A stretch of DNA of 64,000 nucleotides from Candidatus Ruthenibacterium avium (GTDB taxonomy: Bacteria > Bacillota > Clostridia > Oscillospirales > Ruminococcaceae), in the NCBI GenBank assembly GCA_019118905.1, contig DWYA01000077.1, forward strand, positions 4,956 to 68,955, read 5' to 3'. The translations under genes and the position numbers were made by a program. The notes under the pieces are model-generated. The model saw nothing but the letters and a program-made list of their open reading frames with translations. It was not told the origin of the DNA and did no database searches. Shown here one piece after another: positions 8,303 through 17,677 of the stretch (position 1 is its first letter; the number at the start of each line of letters is the position of its first letter).

Positions 8303-9211
8303 TCAAAGATGTTCACTTTCCGGCGCTTTACCAGACAAACCTTTTACCGACGATGCATACTCTGACGGTGTCATGCCGGTAGTTTTTTTGAAGTGGCGGG
8401 AAAAATAATGAATCGAGGAATAACCCAGCATAGAGGCAATTTCGGTAAAATTATAGCATCCTTCGCGGATTTTTTCTTTTGCCGCTTCGATTTTCAGCTG
8501 CCCGAAATACTCCATCGCGCCCCCGCCGGTGCGCTCGCGGAAAATTTTCTGCAAATAGCTGCGGCCCACCAGATTATCGCGGCAGATGTCGGCAAGCGTC
8601 AGCTTGCGGGAAAGGTTATCCTGCAAATAACGTGTCATGGAGGCGATAAAATCCTGCTGGTTATGCTCACGCATCATCGTTCCAGAGCGCTCGGTTTGCA
8701 GCGAGCCGGCACGGCGCACCAGACGCACAAGCAGCTGCTCCAGCGCACAGGCAATCAGCTGCTCTGCGCCGAAGGAAGCGTTTTCGCGGCGTTCAAGCCG
8801 AAGCATTTGAGGGTCGCCCAAATTAGAAGAGAAGGCGGCAGATGCTTCGGTGACAATGGAAGCCAAAAGCGCGCGTCCGCTGTCGCCCAGCGATTCGATG
8901 CGCTCTTCAAAAAAGCGCATATGTTCACTGCGGCACACAAAGCCTACCACCACCAGATTGGGTGCGGTGCCGCCGCAAGAGCAAACGCTGTGAAATTCGC
9001 CCGGCTTGTGAAAAATAATCTGCCCTTTTTGCAGAATGTGCTGGCACTCTCCGGCACAAACGGATACCTCTCCTTTATCTACATATAAAAATTCCCAAAA
9101 GTTGTGGCTTTCCCCTTCAAAAGAATAAGTGCTGGTATACTCAAAATAGTGGATGGAAATAATTTCATCCACCACGAACGGCTTTTGCAGCTGAATGGTT
9201 TCATAGCCCAA
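8303..9211 (-). CDS. AraC family regulator (N-terminal cupin, C-terminal double HTH)
   Basis: GESHNFWEFLYVDKG cupin; EIASMLGYSSIHYFSRHFKK.TGMTPSEY. Confidence 0.9.
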   Translation of the reverse strand: MGYETIQLQKPFVVDEIISIHYFEYTSTYSFEGESHNFWEFLYVDKGEVSVCAGECQHILQKGQIIFHKPGEFHSVCSCGGTAPNLVVVGFVCRSEHMRFFEERIESLGDSGRALLASIVTEASAAFSSNLGDPQMLRLERRENASFGAEQLIACALEQLLVRLVRRAGSLQTERSGTMMREHNQQDFIASMTRYLQDNLSRKLTLADICRDNLVGRSYLQKIFRERTGGGAMEYFGQLKIEAAKEKIREGCYNFTEIASMLGYSSIHYFSRHFKKTTGMTPSEYASSVKGLSGKAPESEHL

Positions 9212-9264
9212 GGGTAAGAACCTCCTCTTTGTGTTGCATAGGCGGCGAAAAAGGCTGCCGTGTG

Positions 9265-10143
9265 TTATTTTCCGTCGTCTTGCACGTGTTCACGCGCGAG
9301 GCGGCATTGCTTACGGTATTCCATGGGGCTTTGCGCGGTCAGCCGGCGAAAGCTTTGGGAAAAATAGCTTGGCGAAGAAAAGCCCAAAAGATGAGAAATT
9401 TGGGACAGGGAGTAGTCGGTGTTTTCCAAAAGGTACTTGCTTTCTCGAATGCGGCGTTCAATTAAGTAGTTAATGGGGGAGATGCCGTATTCTTTGTTAA
9501 ACGCATGAACCAGATAATACTTATTGACGTGCGCAATATCCGCCAGCAAATTTAAGGTAATGGCTTCAGCGAAATGCTCATCAATATAGCGCCGGGCGGC
9601 GGCGCATTCCTTATTGGTACGCCGTGTGGGCTCCAGCTGCATGGTAAAATGGGTGTGACGCAAAATCAGTGTGAGCAGTACCTCTAAAAGATGCTGACAC
9701 ACATCTTCCCAGCCGCGGGGATGATCTTCCGCTTCCTTTAAAAGCGTGCGCAGGAAAAAGATAATTTCGTTGCGGTCTTCGCGATAGTTTAAGATGGCAT
9801 GGTCTTTATTTTGGGTTCCAAAGCTGAAATCCAGCCCGTCAATGCCTAAAACGATGTATTCCAGCGGATTGCTGGTAATACTGGACTCGGTGTGCTCGAT
9901 ATTCGGGTTCACAATTACCATGTCGTCGCTTCCGACAGGGATAACTTGGTCTTTCATGCGAAACTCACCAATGCCGCGCATACAGTAAAACAGCTCGGTG
10001 CATGGGTGACTGTGCAGAGTGCTGTGCCAATCTGTGCTGAAGTGGGCTTCCGTGACATATAAAAGCCGTGCGCCGCTGAGATTGTTTCCGGTACGGTTTC
10101 TTCCGGAGGGTTTATCGCCGATGTCATATCTGCTGTTGCTCAT
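9265..10143 (-). CDS. AraC family regulator (N-terminal cupin)
   Basis: HSHPCTELFY cupin; LGFSSPSYFSQSFRR...SPMEYR. Confidence 0.9.
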   Translation of the reverse strand: MSNSRYDIGDKPSGRNRTGNNLSGARLLYVTEAHFSTDWHSTLHSHPCTELFYCMRGIGEFRMKDQVIPVGSDDMVIVNPNIEHTESSITSNPLEYIVLGIDGLDFSFGTQNKDHAILNYREDRNEIIFFLRTLLKEAEDHPRGWEDVCQHLLEVLLTLILRHTHFTMQLEPTRRTNKECAAARRYIDEHFAEAITLNLLADIAHVNKYYLVHAFNKEYGISPINYLIERRIRESKYLLENTDYSLSQISHLLGFSSPSYFSQSFRRLTAQSPMEYRKQCRLAREHVQDDGK

Positions 10144-10288
10144 GGTGAACCTCCTCGTCGCTTGTGCACGCTGTCATATATTTTTGCGTTGGCAAAAGTT
10201 TTTTTGAGCTTGTCGTGCAAAAAATCTGTGTTATTTTTATGTTCTGCTGAGGAATTAACAACATCTTTATATTTTGGATGTTGATTTC

Positions 10289-10317
10289 ATTATAAGTGTA
10301 AAAAAGGTTGAATACAA
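10289..10317 (-). promoter_or_regulatory. SigA promoter for the AraC pair
   Basis: On the minus strand TTGTAT (10312-10317), 17 bp, TATAAT (10289-10294). Confidence 0.65.
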
Positions 10318-10789
10318 GGACAAAAAAGCTTAAATGGAGCAATGTTTCGTCTTTTTTCGTTTATAAGGCCTGTTTTTTCCAGCTTGTACGAAGAAGCGCT
10401 TGGTTTTTTAGCAAATAGAACCAAAAAAGAATCTCATTTCAGGAGGTTAAAAGTTATCAAACAGTCATAAAATTTGTCAAATATTGCTTTAATGGAAAAA
10501 TATAGCTATATAGCAAAAATATTGTGAGCAATATTTATTAAATTATAAATCCGGTTAATTAACGAAAGACGAAGAGATAAAGTAATTTTTGTAAAATAAC
10601 TTGCATAATGTACACATAATAGCTTAGATGTTTGATATAATTTTGGATGAAAAAAGGATATAAAGTGAAAATAACCAGAAAAAAACACATTGTTTTGTGC
10701 ATTTATCTATAAAAAGACGCAAATTCGGTTCTTTTTTGAAGAAAATGACCATCAAAACAATATTTATAAATTTAAAAGCAACAAATCTC

Positions 10790-10817
10790 TTGCATTAAAT
10801 TTCAAAAAAGCTATACT
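10790..10817 (+). promoter_or_regulatory. SigA promoter for the ABC-GH112 operon
   Basis: TTGCAT, 16 bp, TATACT, about 100 bp before the binding-protein ATG. Confidence 0.55.
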
Positions 10818-10916
10818 GGAAGCATAGGGCAGACAACCGGCAAACGTGTGGAGCAATTCGGAAGCCGGGACGTCTGCACGGGTTATTTCATTTCACAATT
10901 ATAGGAGGTTTGTTTT

Positions 10917-12302
10917 ATGAAAAAGGCAATCAGTACTGTACTGGCCTTGGGCATGAGCTTGTCGATGCTGACAGCTTGCGGCGGGGCGACATCATCTTCC
11001 ACCGCAGCTTCCACAGCGGCTTCCGAGAGCACGGCAGCTTCTACTTCCACTTCTGCGGCAGCAACCGGCACCGGTGACTATGCCGGCCAGACGCTGAAGG
11101 TAGCGGCTATCGAGACCGCTTACGGCGCAGAGATGTGGCAGCAAATTGCCGATGGCTTTGAGGCAAAAACGGGCGCTACCGTTGAGCTGACCACCGACAA
11201 AAACCTGGAGGACGTGATCGATCCCCAGATGAAGGCAGGCAACTTCTACGACGTAGTTCACCTGGCAGCAGGCCGTGAGAAGGCTTTGCCGGAGACCATG
11301 CTGAAAGAGAATGCCATCGAGGAAGTAACCGACGTTCTGAGCATGAACGTTCTGGGCGAGGATATCACCGTTGGTGAGAAAATCATCCCCGGCTTCACCG
11401 GCAACCTGACCACCAACCCCTATGGCGATGACCGCGTATTCATGATGCCGATGTTCTACGGCCCCTGCGGCTTGTTCTACAACAAGGCAAACTTCACTGA
11501 AGGCGGCGGCGATCTGGAGCTGCCCACCACTTGGGACGAGTTCTTTGCTCTGGCTGACCAGACTGACATTCCCCTGTTCACCTATCCGGTAGCTGGCTAC
11601 CTCGACGCTTTCACCTATGCTTTGATTGCAGAGATTGGCGGCCAGGACTTCTTCAACAAGGCTTTGCAGTATGACGAGACTGTTTGGAGCAGCCCCGAGA
11701 TGGACAAAATGTTCGAAATCCTGGGCAAGCTGGCTGAGAACACCAACGACGCTACCACTGGCTATGCAAACAACGACAACTTCACCAAGAACCAGCAGAT
11801 GATCCTCGACAACGAGGCCCTCTTCATGCCGAACGGCAACTGGGTAATCGGTGAGATGGCTGACGCTCCTCGTGCAGAAGGCTTCGAGTGGGGCTTCATG
11901 GCTCTGCCCGCAATTGAAGAGGGCGGCGACCGTTACAGCTACACCTTCTTTGAGCAGAGCTGGATTCCGGCCGGCGCAGAGAACAAAGAGCTGGCAAAAG
12001 TGTTCCTGACCTATCTGTACAGCGATGAGGCAGCTGAAATCTTTGCAGCTTCCGGTGCAGTTCAGCCCATCACCGGCATGACCGATAAGCTCAGCGACGA
12101 CAACAAAGTTTATTACAGCGTATACGACAACGGTGCAAAAGCTGCTATCGGTACCTTCGCAACCACAACTCCTGTGGAAGGCGTGAACATCAAAGAGGAC
12201 GTTTGCTTCACCATGGATAGTGTTGTAAACGGCACCAAGACTGTTGACGACTGGAAAGCAGCAGTACAGGCTTCTTGTGCAGCATTGCGTGAGGCAATGT
12301 AA
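10917..12302 (+). CDS. Carbohydrate ABC transporter substrate-binding lipoprotein (probably GNB/LNB)
   Basis: Lipobox LTAC, S/T/A-rich linker, family-1 binding-protein motif ALFMPNGNWV; substrate inferred from the adjacent GH112. Confidence 0.88.
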   Translation: MKKAISTVLALGMSLSMLTACGGATSSSTAASTAASESTAASTSTSAAATGTGDYAGQTLKVAAIETAYGAEMWQQIADGFEAKTGATVELTTDKNLEDVIDPQMKAGNFYDVVHLAAGREKALPETMLKENAIEEVTDVLSMNVLGEDITVGEKIIPGFTGNLTTNPYGDDRVFMMPMFYGPCGLFYNKANFTEGGGDLELPTTWDEFFALADQTDIPLFTYPVAGYLDAFTYALIAEIGGQDFFNKALQYDETVWSSPEMDKMFEILGKLAENTNDATTGYANNDNFTKNQQMILDNEALFMPNGNWVIGEMADAPRAEGFEWGFMALPAIEEGGDRYSYTFFEQSWIPAGAENKELAKVFLTYLYSDEAAEIFAASGAVQPITGMTDKLSDDNKVYYSVYDNGAKAAIGTFATTTPVEGVNIKEDVCFTMDSVVNGTKTVDDWKAAVQASCAALREAM

Positions 12303-12427
12303 AAAAGTTTCATCAGGATGCTTGAAAGATAATCTGTGAGAAAGCATCCATCACGACAAAGGCGAACCGATTCAAACAAGGATGGCACCGTCTGGTGTCT
12401 GCCGCGTAGGAGATAAGGTAAACCAAG

Positions 12428-12468
12428 GCGGTGAGTGAAAGGCGATGCTTTTTGCTCACCGCTTTTTA
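12428..12468 (+). terminator. Intercistronic hairpin plus U tract after the binding-protein gene (partial terminator or stabiliser)
   Basis: gcggtgag...ctcaccgc followed by ttttt. The position is typical for producing excess binding protein. Confidence 0.55.
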
Positions 12469-12489
12469 AATCGAAATGGAGATGGTACA

Positions 12490-13383
12490 ATGCAAAAGAA
12501 TAAGGCGCGTAGCCGGTTTATCGTAGCCTGCGTGGCTCCGGCAACCATTTTGGCATTTATTTTTCTTGTGGTTCCTACGTTCAACGTGTTCCGCATGTCC
12601 CTGTTTAAATGGGGCGGATACTCCCCCAATCAAACTTTTGTGGCGTTTGATAACTTTGTAACGCTGTTCAAAGACGAAAACTTCTACCGCGCATGCCGCA
12701 ACAGCATCTTGCTGATTGTGGTGGTAACGGTGATTACCATTGTGTTTGCACTGCTCTTTGCGTTTATCTTAACACGCGAAAAGCTGAAGGGACAGAACAT
12801 TTTCCGCATTATTTTCTATATTCCGAACATTCTTTCCGTCGTTGTTATCAGCGCAATTTTCAGCGCTATTTACGACGTGAACCGCGGCCTTCTGAACAAC
12901 CTGCTCAGCATTTTCGGCATTGGAACCGAAAGCCCCATTGCATGGCTGGGCGACCAAAAGATTGTTATTTACAGCTTGGTTGGCGCAATGGTTTGGCAGG
13001 CAATTGGCTACTACATGGTTATGTACATGGCTTCTATGTCCGCGATTCCCGAAAGCTTGTATGAAAGCGCTAACTTGGAAGGCGCTTCCCGTATGACCCA
13101 ATTCTTCCAGATCACCTTGCCGTTAATCTGGACGAATATCCGTACCACGCTGACCTTCTTTATTATTTCTAACATCAACATGAGCTTCCTGTTTGTAAAA
13201 GCAATGACAGGCGGCGGCCCGGACGGCGCGTCCGAGGTATTCCTCAGCTACATGTATAAGCAAGCGTATACCAACTCCACTTACGGCTACGGCATGGCTG
13301 TTGGCGTTGTGGTGTTCAGCTTCTCGTTTGCACTGGCGGCCATTGTGAACCGTGTGACCAAGCGCGAGCCGCTGGAATTCTAA
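12490..13383 (+). CDS. Carbohydrate ABC permease (MalF type)
   Basis: Six TM segments and the EAA loop LYESANLEGA. ATG 12490 follows a GGAG RBS. Confidence 0.92.
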   Translation: MQKNKARSRFIVACVAPATILAFIFLVVPTFNVFRMSLFKWGGYSPNQTFVAFDNFVTLFKDENFYRACRNSILLIVVVTVITIVFALLFAFILTREKLKGQNIFRIIFYIPNILSVVVISAIFSAIYDVNRGLLNNLLSIFGIGTESPIAWLGDQKIVIYSLVGAMVWQAIGYYMVMYMASMSAIPESLYESANLEGASRMTQFFQITLPLIWTNIRTTLTFFIISNINMSFLFVKAMTGGGPDGASEVFLSYMYKQAYTNSTYGYGMAVGVVVFSFSFALAAIVNRVTKREPLEF

Positions 13384-13392
13384 GGAAGGACG

Positions 13393-14295
13393 GTGTATGT
13401 GAGAATGAATCAAAAAATCGCAGGCACGAAAACAAGTATTGTGCCGAAGGTTATCATCTATATTTTACTGATTTTACTGCTGATTTCCATTGTAGTTCCT
13501 GTGGCTTGGGTGTTTATGGCATCCATTAAGCAGAACACGGAATTTTATGGCAACCCGTTTGCACTGCCGCAGGGCGTTTACCTGCAAAACTTTGTCGATG
13601 CGTGGACAAAGGCACGCATGGGCGATTACTTCTTCTATTCCGTTGTGATTACTGCATTGTCGCTGTTGATCCTGCTTTTGGTTGCGCTGCCGGCCTCTTA
13701 TGTGCTCAGCCGCTATCGCTTCTGGGGCAGCAAGGTGTTGAATACCTGCTTCATGGCCGGTTTGTTCATCAACGTCAGCTACATTGTAGTTCCCATCTTC
13801 TTGATGTTTGTTTCCGGTGACAAAATTGCCAAGAGCATGTTCGGCACCACATTTTTCTTGAACAATCCGTTTGTGGTTGCTGTTGTGTTGGCCTCCACCA
13901 CGCTTCCGTTTACCATTTACTTACTCAGCGGCTATTTGGCCACTTTGCCGAAGGATTATGAGGAAGCAGCTTATGTGGACGGCGCAGGCTACTTCACCAC
14001 GATGGTTCGCATCATCCTGCCGATGGCAAAGCCCAGCATTATCACGGTTATTTTGTTCGAGTTCTTGGCTTACTGGAACGAGTACATCATTTCCATGACC
14101 ATGCTGACCGACCCCAACGGCGTACGCACGCTGCCGGTTGGTTTGCTGAACCTCATGAAGGCACAGAACGCGAAAGCAGAGTACGGCCAGATGTACGCCG
14201 GCATGGTGATGGTAATGCTTCCCACGTTGATTTTGTACATGTGCGTACAAAAGAAACTGACACAAGGCATGACCTTGGGCGGCCTGAAGGGTTAA
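13393..14295 (+). CDS. Carbohydrate ABC permease (MalG type); alternative start 13405
   Basis: EAA loop YEEAAYVDGA; C-terminal LPTLILY..VQKKL..GMTLGGLKG. Confidence 0.92.
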   Translation: MYVRMNQKIAGTKTSIVPKVIIYILLILLLISIVVPVAWVFMASIKQNTEFYGNPFALPQGVYLQNFVDAWTKARMGDYFFYSVVITALSLLILLLVALPASYVLSRYRFWGSKVLNTCFMAGLFINVSYIVVPIFLMFVSGDKIAKSMFGTTFFLNNPFVVAVVLASTTLPFTIYLLSGYLATLPKDYEEAAYVDGAGYFTTMVRIILPMAKPSIITVILFEFLAYWNEYIISMTMLTDPNGVRTLPVGLLNLMKAQNAKAEYGQMYAGMVMVMLPTLILYMCVQKKLTQGMTLGGLKG

Positions 14296-14310
14296 GGAGG
14301 CGAACAAGCA

Positions 14311-14514
14311 ATGAATGAATACACAAAGAAAAAGCTGACCGTTGCCGCAGGCGTTGTGGCGCTGCTGGTATGCATTGGGCTCGTTATTTTCGGCCATAGC
14401 TACGGCTTTTCTGGAGAATTGTCCAAGGGCATTTCCGGCCTTGGCATCGAGCTGCTGGGTTTGGCAGGTATTTTAGTGCTGCTGTACCTCTATAACAAAC
14501 CTTTTACAAAATAA
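14311..14514 (+). CDS. Small two-TM membrane protein (DUF6903-like, from memory)
   Basis: 67 aa, strong GGAGG RBS, two hydrophobic helices, located in the operon between the permease and GH112. Confidence 0.7.
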   Translation: MNEYTKKKLTVAAGVVALLVCIGLVIFGHSYGFSGELSKGISGLGIELLGLAGILVLLYLYNKPFTK

Positions 14515-14639
14515 GCTGGCGCTGAAAGGCGCTTTTCACACAAAATAAACAGGCTTTGTACCTCGATGCACAATAGGTGCAAAGCCTGTTTATGTGTGTC
14601 AAAAACCATCTGAAATTAAAATATGAAGGAGTAACCGCA

Positions 14640-16805
14640 ATGAGCGATTTGACCAAAGGGCGCGTAACCATTCCGACCAACCTCGATGTCGTTCCCGAAA
14701 CCATTGATATTTTGAAGCGCTGGGGCGCTGACGCAATCCGCGACTGCGACGGAACCGAGTTCCCCGAGGAGCTGACACAGGTAGGCGCTAAGATTTATTC
14801 TACCTATTACACCACCCGTAAGGATAATGCATGGGCAAAGGCAAACCCGGATGAGGTGCAGCAGTGCTACATCATGACCGGTTTCTATACGGCAACCGGC
14901 GGCAAGCTGGAGATTCCCCTGATGAAGGGCATTTCCGACGAGCTGATGGAAGTGAACACCCGCGACGACATCAAACGCTGGTGGGAAGTTGTCGACCGTA
15001 CAACAGGTGAAGTTGTCTCCACCGACGCATGGTGCTACAACAAAGAGACCGGCTGTGTCGAAATTGCCGAGCCGAAGGAGTTCCACGATTATACCGTCAG
15101 CTTCTTGGCTTACTTGATTTGGGACCCCGTGCATATGTACAATGCGGTGACCAATAACTGGCGGAACTTTGAGCATCAAATTACGTTCGACGTGCGTCAG
15201 CCGAAAACCCACAAGTTCACGATGGAGCGTCTGCGCAAGTTTATTGCCGATCATCCCTATGTCAACGTGATTCGCTACACCACGTTCTTCCATCAGTTCA
15301 CCCTGATGTTCGACGAGCTCAAGCGCGAAAAATATGTAGACTGGTACGGCTATTCTGCTTCCGTTTCGCCATACATTTTGGAGCAGTTTGAGAAGGAAGT
15401 CGGCTACAAATTCCGCCCCGAGTTCATCATTGACCAGGGCTACTACAACAACCAGTATCGTGTACCTTCTAAAGAGTTTAAAGACTTTATGGCCTTCCAG
15501 CGCCGTGAGGTAGCAAAGCTGGCCAAAGAGATGGTAGACATCACCCATGAGCTGGGCAAAGAGGCCATGATGTTCCTCGGCGACCACTTCATCGGCACCG
15601 AGCCGTTTATGGACGAGTTCAAAACCATCGGTTTGGATGCTGTCGTAGGCAGCGTGGGCAACGGTTCCACCCTGCGTTTGATCAGCGATATCCCCGGCGT
15701 AAAATACACCGAGGGCCGCTTCCTGCCGTACTTCTTCCCCGATACCTTCCACGAGGGCGGCGACCCTGTGAAAGAGGGCAAGGAGAACTGGGTAACTGCT
15801 CGCCGCGCAATTCTGCGTAAGCCGATTGACCGTATCGGATACGGCGGCTACCTGAAGCTGGCTTTGGAATTCCCCGAGTTTATTGATTACATCGAGAGCG
15901 TTTGCAACGAGTTCCGCGTGCTGTATGAAAACATCAAGGGCACTACACCGTATTGCGTCAAGACCGTGGCTGTTCTGAACAGCTGGGGTAAGTGCCGCAG
16001 CTGGGGCTGCCACATGGTACACCATGCACTGTATCAAAAGCAGAATTACAGCTATGCAGGCATTATCGAAGCTCTGTCCGGCGCTCCGTTTGATGTGAAG
16101 TTCATCAGCTTTGACGACATCAAAGAGAATCCGTCTATTCTGGACGAGATTGATGTCATCATCAACGTGGGCGACGGCGATACTGCACACACCGGCGGTG
16201 CTGTTTGGGAGGATGCTGAAATCTCCAGCGCCATTAAAGCATTCGTACACAATGGCGGCGGCTTCATCGGCGTTGGTGAGCCGGCTGGCCACCAGTATGA
16301 GGGCCGTTACTTGCAGTTGGCCGGCGTGATGGGCGTAGAGAAAGAAACCGGCTTCACGCTCAACTACGACAAGTACAACTGGGATGAGCACAAAGATCAT
16401 TTTATCCTGGCCGACACCACGAAAGAGGTCGATTTCGGCGAGGGCAAAAAGTCGATCTATGCCCTCGAGGGCGCTCAGATTCTCGTGCAGCGCGAGAAAG
16501 AAGTACAGATGGCCGTCAACGAGTTCGGCAAAGGCCGCAGCGTTTATATCAGCGGTTTGCCTTACAGCTTTGAAAACAGCCGTATTCTGTACCGTGCAAT
16601 CCTGTGGTCCACTCACGATGAAGAAGAGCTGCACAAGTGGTTCTCCTCCAACTTCAACGTGGAAGTACATGCCTATGTAAAGAACGGCAAATACTGCGTA
16701 GTAAACAATACTTATGAACCCCAGCACACCACTGTGTATAAAGGCGACGGCAGCAGCTTTGAGCTGGACATGGAAGCCAACGAAATCAAGTGGTATGAGA
16801 TCTAA
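14640..16805 (+). CDS. gnpA: 1,3-beta-galactosyl-N-acetylhexosamine phosphorylase (GH112)
   Basis: GRVT.PT, WGADAIRDCDGT, FLGDH.IGTEP, GRFLPYFFPD and RIGYGGY motifs. ATG 14640 follows an AAGGAG RBS (721 aa). Confidence 0.95.
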   Translation: MSDLTKGRVTIPTNLDVVPETIDILKRWGADAIRDCDGTEFPEELTQVGAKIYSTYYTTRKDNAWAKANPDEVQQCYIMTGFYTATGGKLEIPLMKGISDELMEVNTRDDIKRWWEVVDRTTGEVVSTDAWCYNKETGCVEIAEPKEFHDYTVSFLAYLIWDPVHMYNAVTNNWRNFEHQITFDVRQPKTHKFTMERLRKFIADHPYVNVIRYTTFFHQFTLMFDELKREKYVDWYGYSASVSPYILEQFEKEVGYKFRPEFIIDQGYYNNQYRVPSKEFKDFMAFQRREVAKLAKEMVDITHELGKEAMMFLGDHFIGTEPFMDEFKTIGLDAVVGSVGNGSTLRLISDIPGVKYTEGRFLPYFFPDTFHEGGDPVKEGKENWVTARRAILRKPIDRIGYGGYLKLALEFPEFIDYIESVCNEFRVLYENIKGTTPYCVKTVAVLNSWGKCRSWGCHMVHHALYQKQNYSYAGIIEALSGAPFDVKFISFDDIKENPSILDEIDVIINVGDGDTAHTGGAVWEDAEISSAIKAFVHNGGGFIGVGEPAGHQYEGRYLQLAGVMGVEKETGFTLNYDKYNWDEHKDHFILADTTKEVDFGEGKKSIYALEGAQILVQREKEVQMAVNEFGKGRSVYISGLPYSFENSRILYRAILWSTHDEEELHKWFSSNFNVEVHAYVKNGKYCVVNNTYEPQHTTVYKGDGSSFELDMEANEIKWYEI

Positions 16806-16840
16806 TAAAAGCCAATTGTTTCGGTCAAAGAACATTGGTG

Positions 16841-16877
16841 AATCCGCTCTGCATATTTTGCGCAGAGCGGATTTTTT
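16841..16877 (+). terminator. Intrinsic terminator after gnpA
   Basis: aatccgctctgc/gcagagcggatt stem plus T tract. Confidence 0.8.
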
Positions 16878-16910
16878 ATGCCTTAAAACAACTTTTGGGT
16901 GTAAAATTGC

Positions 16911-16939
16911 TTTACAAAAACAACTTTTAGTAGTAAAAT
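16911..16939 (+). promoter_or_regulatory. Promoter of the S24 repressor, with an operator candidate in the spacer
   Basis: TTTACA, 17 bp, TAAAAT; caacttttagtag at 16921-16933 and a weaker copy at 16889-16901. Confidence 0.65.
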
Positions 16940-16982
16940 GAAGAAAACAAACCGCTTTTGCAGAAAGCAGGACAAGGAGTGG

Positions 16983-17594
16983 ATGCCTGTGTTTGCACAG
17001 AGATTGAAAGAACTGCGCAAGCAAAACGGCCTTTCTCAGGCCAGTTTGGCGCAGCAGCTGGGAATGACTCAGCAGGCGGTCGGCAAGTGGGAGCGTGGAA
17101 CGGCAACTCCAGACCCGCAAACCATTGCAAAATTGGCGGAAATTTTCAATGTGCCGAGCGATGTATTATTGGGGCTGGATGCAGGCAGTATTCGGCCTTA
17201 TTCATCCGGGCAGGAATTTCTGGTACCGATTTTGGGTACTGTACGTGCCGGATATGGGTTATTTGCCGAACAGGAGGAACTGGGCCGAGAGTATGCGCGC
17301 GTCAAGGACCCAGAAAGCTACTTTTATTTAGAAGTCAAAGGGGACAGCATGGAGCCGCGTATCTGTGAAGGTGATTTAGCTTTAGTCCATCGACAAAATA
17401 CGCTAAATTCCGGCGACTTAGGTGTGGTAGTATTTGGAGAAGGCGAGGGAACCTTGAAGAAATATGTCATCAAGGGCGACACGGTTGTGTTGCAGCCCTT
17501 TAACCCCGCTTACCCACCCCAGATTTTGACTGGTGAGGATTTAAACTCATTATTTATTGCCGGAAAAGTAGTGCAGACCATTCGACGCTGGTAA
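16983..17594 (+). CDS. CI/LexA-like repressor: XRE HTH plus peptidase S24
   Basis: RLKELRK..GLSQ..LA..LG.TQQAVGKWE HTH; Ala-Gly cleavage site in VRAG; catalytic Ser in GDSM and Lys in TLKK. ATG 16983 follows an AAGGAG RBS. Confidence 0.9.
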   Translation: MPVFAQRLKELRKQNGLSQASLAQQLGMTQQAVGKWERGTATPDPQTIAKLAEIFNVPSDVLLGLDAGSIRPYSSGQEFLVPILGTVRAGYGLFAEQEELGREYARVKDPESYFYLEVKGDSMEPRICEGDLALVHRQNTLNSGDLGVVVFGEGEGTLKKYVIKGDTVVLQPFNPAYPPQILTGEDLNSLFIAGKVVQTIRRW

Positions 17595-17595
17595 A

Positions 17596-17633
17596 AATAA
17601 CTATTAGTATAAATTATTATACTAATAGTTATT
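17596..17633. repeat. Perfect 17-bp AT-rich inverted repeat with a 4-nt spacer
   Basis: aataactattagtataa (17596-17612), atta, ttatactaatagttatt (17617-17633). Confidence 0.92.
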
Positions 17634-17677
17634 ACACAAGACGGCGAAACGGCAATCACGAAACGGGGGACGGGATC

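Noticed and set aside
10821-10880. c-di-GMP-I riboswitch suggested by GGCAAAC...GGGACG
   Set aside because: Lacks the GAAA tetraloop, the GACGCAAAG segment and the tetraloop-receptor stem; gene context is also atypical.
16938-16982. Longer N-terminal starts in the ORF track (16938; also 6162, 12445, 14577, 18961, 25676, 36559, 42237, 47421, 48365, 54798, 61236)
   Set aside because: Downstream starts have proper RBSs and match the family N-termini; ATG 16938 overlaps the -10 box.
14616-17120. 834-aa minus-strand ORF and other long antisense ORFs (4897-6060, 10992-12347, 26515-28578, 42063-43217, 44293-45468, 47094-48428, 48755-50512, 54849-56102, 56404-57900)
   Set aside because: Shadow frames of well-supported genes, caused by codon bias; no recognisable motifs or RBS.
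16983-17594. Prophage or ICE implied by the CI-like repressor
   Set aside because: No integrase, Cro/excisionase, structural genes or att-like repeats nearby.
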